A stretch of 64,000 bases of DNA from Vicugna vicugna (taxonomy: Eukaryota): the NCBI GenBank assembly GCA_013265495.1, contig MU058781.1:1778963-1842962 (forward strand), in the 5' to 3' direction. Positions 59,430 to 64,000 of the stretch are shown here, in pieces. Position 1 is the stretch's first letter, and each line of letters opens with the position of its first letter. The translations under genes were made by a program, and so were the position numbers. The notes beneath the pieces were generated by a model. That model saw only the letters and a program-made list of their open reading frames with translations, ran no database searches and was not told where the DNA came from.

Positions 59430-61120
59430 CTTCTTGGAAGGCACTTCCTTCAAGTCAGGAGCAAGACAAGGATGTCTGTAGCCTCTATGATGATTTAACA
59501 TTGCATTGGAATGTTAGCTAATGCAATTAAACAAGAGAAAACAATTAGACTCATAAGGATCAGAAAGGAAGAAGTAAACGCATTGTTGATAATATAGCTG
59601 CATATCTGGAAAAAAACCCAAAAGAATCAATGGAAAAGTACTGCAAGCCATAAGATAATACAGTAACAGAACATAAAATTAGCATACTGAAATCATTAGC
59701 CTCCATCCATATAAACTATAAGCAATTTGAAGGTATAGTAGAAGAAAAGACCCTGTATACAATAACGAAAATTTAAATACCTAGACATAAAGCTACTAAG
59801 AAATATGCAAAAATAATAGGAACACTGCCAGACACTCATGAAAGATATAAAAATAGCTTTGAACAAATTGAAAAAAAAACCTCATAATTTTGAATAGGAA
59901 AACTCAACATCATAAAAATGTTATTTCTCCAGAAATTAGTTTTACAAATTTAATGCAACCTCAATAAAAATTTCCTCAGTTTTTTTTTCCTGGAACTAGT
60001 CAAGTTGATGATAAAGTTTATATGGGAGAATAAACAACTGAGAATAGCCAGGAAATATTTAGGAAGACTATTTAATGCATGGTTAATCCTATTAGAGTCA
60101 GTAAAACATTTAACATCCTCTCAATTAAAGCAGTGAGGAACTGGCTCAGGAAAAGACTTATAAACTAATGGCTCAGAATAGAATGCCTAGAAATATACAC
60201 AAGGAAAATTTAGCATATAACACAAGTAGCATTGAAATTAGAGGGGGAAATTAAATAGTGTTCGGCCAAATGGATAGCTATAAAGAAAAAAATTTTAAAT
60301 TGGACCTTTTTCTCACAATGTATTCCAGGAGAAATTACAAGTGTATTAGGGCTCTAAATGAAAATTAAACAGAAACAGAAAAATATACAAATACTAGAAG
60401 AGAACATCGGTGAATCTTATTTTTATAGCCAAAGAGTGGAAATTTCTAAATGATTTTAAAAATCCAGACAATAAAATAAATTTGACAACACTGCAAATAA
60501 CAAAATAAGAAAAGTCACAAGATGATTACAAATTGGGAAAGATTTTGCAGCTTATACCACAAAGTACTCACATGCTTAATGTAATAAGGATTTCCTAAAA
60601 ATTGAAAAGAAGAAGATTCACAACCTGCTTTTTAAAAAAATAAGCAAAGATATGACTAGAGAGTTCATAGAAAAGGTGCACGAATAACCCTCATTCACAA
60701 TAAAAGAAATGTATGAGAAACTACTGAGATTCCATCTCTCATCTATTAGATTAAAAAAAAAATCGCCGAAGTTCGACAACGTGAATTTTAGCAAGGCTAT
60801 GTAAAGGACAGGCACTTTTATACACTGCTGGTGGGAACATAAAATGGTACAATTTCTGTGAAGTCAAATTGGCAATATATTAGCAAAATTACATACGCAT
60901 TCACTTACTCTTTGACCCAGCAGTCATACCTCTAGATTCTATCTCAAATATTCAGTTGCAAATATATGAAGACATGCAGAAGCCTATTCGCCATGGCCCG
61001 ATTTGTTATAGCAAAAGGCTGGAACAACCCAAATGTTTCTCAGTAGAAAATCAGTTAAATAAGCTATAGTATATCCAGGCAGTAAAGTACTACAAAGTTG
61101 TAAAAAGAAACAAAGAGATA
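59430..61120 (+). mobile_element. Old L1M ORF2 remnant
   Basis: aagtcaggagcaagacaaggatg..tttaacattgcattggaa..gctaatgcaattaaacaagagaaa; ctgctggtgggaacataaaatggtaca; tttgacccagcagt. Confidence 0.8.
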
Positions 61121-63400
61121 ACCCCAGTTCCTATGATGGAGTACTTAGCTGAAAACTGCTGCTTCCACTGAGAACCACCAAAAAAAGATGGATACAATTA
61201 AAATGGATCTGCTTCAAGTTTTCAGAGAGCCACTGCAACAGCCTGGAGGTGAAGGGTCAAGATCCCAGGGAGAAAGGGATCGCACTGAAGTGAGCCCAGC
61301 ATTCTGAAAGCTGCTTTTCTCCTCTTGGCATTTGGTAATTCTTGGCTCTGAGAAAGAGGTGAGTGACTTGGTAGAAGCAGAGAAGTACCAGAGCTCTGGG
61401 CAGTCTTATAGGTCTGAGGAAACAGACTTGGAGTGTGGGACTTCCAAATCAGCCAGGATTCAAGAAGCCAAGGTTCCAGAACAAAGGGAGGTACCAAGAA
61501 GTGAGACTGACATTTGATGGTTTTCTCTTTGAAGTTCTTGGTGAATCTTAGTCACATAAAGTAAAAGGCCAAGAAGCCAAGAAAAGCAGCTGGAAGACAG
61601 AGTGGAATTTTTGGCAGTCTTTTGCTGTTGTGGAGATGAAAACTAGAAATCAGGAAGTGGCCAGGAGGCTGCACGCTGTAAGTGCTGTAGGCTTTAAGCT
61701 GGGACCCCTGAGAGGGGGTGCCCTGGGGTAGGGCAAGCCTCACTACAGCTCCCTCAGTCTTGAGTCACCTTAGTCCCCTCTTCTAGCTGCCTGCCAGACC
61801 ACAGAGTGAATCCTCTCTGGAGGAAAATAACTTTATCCGGATCCCTCTCTCAGGCACAGGGCTCAGCATTCCATCCCAAATTACTAGGACCCAAGAAAGA
61901 GAGCCAAGAGAAAAAAGCATAATAGAAATAGACTCACAGATGTCCCAGATTATTGCAGTTATCAGACACAGATTTAAAAACATTTGTAATTAAAGTGATC
62001 AAACAAACAAACAGAACGAAGACTTTTTACTAGAGAACTGGAATCTATACTTTCAAAAAAGCAAGTAGAAATTCTAAAACTGAAAAATATATAATCAAAT
62101 CTTGAACTAAAAAAATGAGGTTTTCCAGCAGATTGGATACAGCTGAAGAGAGGACTGGTGAGCTGGAGAGAAGGCAATAGAAAATATCCTGACTGGAGTA
62201 CAGAAAATAGAAAGGATGGAAAATGTAGAAAAGAGTGTGAGAGACATGATCTATCATACAAGACATTCTAACAAAGGTAATTGGCATTCAAGAAGGGAAG
62301 AAAGAGAGATTGTAGAAGGAATATTTGAAGAGATAATGGCTAAGAATTTTCCAAAAGGGATAAAGGCAGCAAGTATTACGCACTGGCACGTTATAACCAA
62401 ATCAGAAGAAGTCATAACAGAAGCAGAGAAAACAGATGCATTACTTTCAAAGGAGCAACAATAAGGCTAAAAGCTAACTTCTCAGCAGAAATTATGGAAA
62501 CCAAATGATGAAATGACAGCTTTAAAAGGCTGAAAGGAAATAGCAGCCAGTTTAGAAATTCTGTAGCCAGTGAAAATAAAGATATTGCCAGAAAAACAAA
62601 AACCGAGGTTATATATCACATGTCACCAGTAGACTTACATTAGAAGAAATATTAAGTGGAGTTTTCATGTTTTGCATCATGATTGTGGTGGGTGCTTAAA
62701 CAAATTTATACATATTAAGAGTCATAGAATTGTGCACCAAAAAGTCAGTTTTTTTTTAAGGCGTGCACTAGGCACAAGGAAAATAGTCCCAGATGGACAT
62801 TCAGCAGTACAGGAAGGAATGAAGAGCAATAGAAAAGACAAATATATGGGTAAATGTAAATGAATGTTGACTGATTACTGCTGGAGATTGCAAAGGCTCC
62901 AACTATCATGCTGGGAAGAATCAAGCATTTTTCCTGCTTTTCCTTTCAAACTGCATTCCAAAATAGTTGATGACGGAAAACTGTTCATTATGGAAGGATT
63001 GTGACTAATAAAGGCAGAAAGAAAAGTAGAATTAGAACATTCTTGCATATTGCAAACCTCATGAATAATTGAAAAAGTAATTTCAATAAGGAACTGAAAA
63101 TATAACTATATTTCAGATTCACAAGAAAAACTAACTTGAAATTATAGAACTGAAAAAAAAAAAACCAAACCCTGAAATTAAAAACTCAATAAAGCAGTTT
63201 AGATAAAGCTGAAGAGAGAATTAACAAATTGAATAGTAAGTCAGAAGAATGAAGCAGAGAGATGAAAAGATGAGAAGTATCTGCCAGAGGGTAGGATACA
63301 TATATGATCAAGTGAAAAGGTCTAGCACGCATTTAATTAGTGCCCCAAAAGGAGTGGAGAGAGAGAACGGGGCATAGCAACAGTCCGAAAGATAATGGTT
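61120..63400 (+). mobile_element. Old L1 5'/ORF1 remnants
   Basis: Peptide EGIFEEIMAKNFPK (L1 ORF1-like); agctgaagagagaatt; aaagctaacttctcagcagaaattatggaa. Confidence 0.7.
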
Positions 63401-64000
63401 GGAAGGTCATACAGCTTTAGGGACTGAGGCTGCCGTTTTGGGTAAGCGTGGTTGGCCATGTGTAAGTGGATGATTAGCAGATTGTCTGAGGTAAAAGAAT
63501 GAATGATAGTTGGGATTATGCTGCTTCCAGAGAGACAGAGGCAGAGACTTAAAGCTAGCTGCCTTGTAACCTGAGATTTTTTTTTCAGGTTCCAGGTTTA
63601 GTCCCTTGTAATCTCCAGCAGCATTTCCTATTCTTTGGTTCTTTAAATCTTTATAATGAATTCCCCTTCACTTAAGCTTTTTTTTTATAGAGGTTTCTTA
63701 AAAAGCCAAAACCAATTTCTTTTTATTACTGTATTGCACTGGTTAGACAAGTCATCCTTCTCTTGCTTTTGACTTTTGTGGAAATGACACTATAGTTTCA
63801 TTAATATGTATGCTGTTAGCTTTTGGTTTCAGATTATGGAAGCATCTTTCTATTCCAGTACACAAAGAGTTTTTGCATGTTAGGAATGGATGGGTAATTT
63901 TATTAAATATCCTACTGGTATTTATAGAGATGGTCATATGGATTCTTTTTTTTTTTGGTCAACTTGTTTTTGTGGTGAGTTATATTAACTGATTCACTAC

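Noticed and set aside
1..64000. CRISPR arrays, operons or other prokaryotic systems
   Set aside because: The sequence is mammalian genomic DNA with no regularly spaced repeat-spacer structure.

Overview
Mammalian genomic DNA, most likely a camelid (alpaca/camel type), judged from four copies of a camelid-type tRNA-derived SINE. The window appears orthologous to human 6p24.2. At the left is the 5' end of ELOVL2 on the minus strand: intron 1 and the CpG-island promoter, with exon 1 probably hidden in a 209-N gap. About 24 kb of repeat-rich intergenic DNA follows. The complete two-exon SMIM13 gene lies on the plus strand (CDS 30906-30981 + 45096-45283, 87 aa, ~4-kb 3'UTR to ~49300). The rest is repeat-rich DNA with an orphan CpG patch near 58.3 kb. 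The most notable observations are: (1) an ancient Tc2/pogo-type (Kanga1-like) DNA transposon in the SMIM13 3'UTR that still has an ATG-initiated, uninterrupted ORF covering the transposase DNA-binding domains while the DDE core is deleted; (2) three independent solo LTRs of one ERV family within 2.2 kb just upstream of the SMIM13 promoter, each keeping a POU-dimer motif; (3) the apparent ortholog of the ELOVL2 epigenetic-age CpG cluster. Repeat family names and human-orthology statements come from recall of consensus/reference sequences, not database searches. Boundaries of old repeats are approximate.
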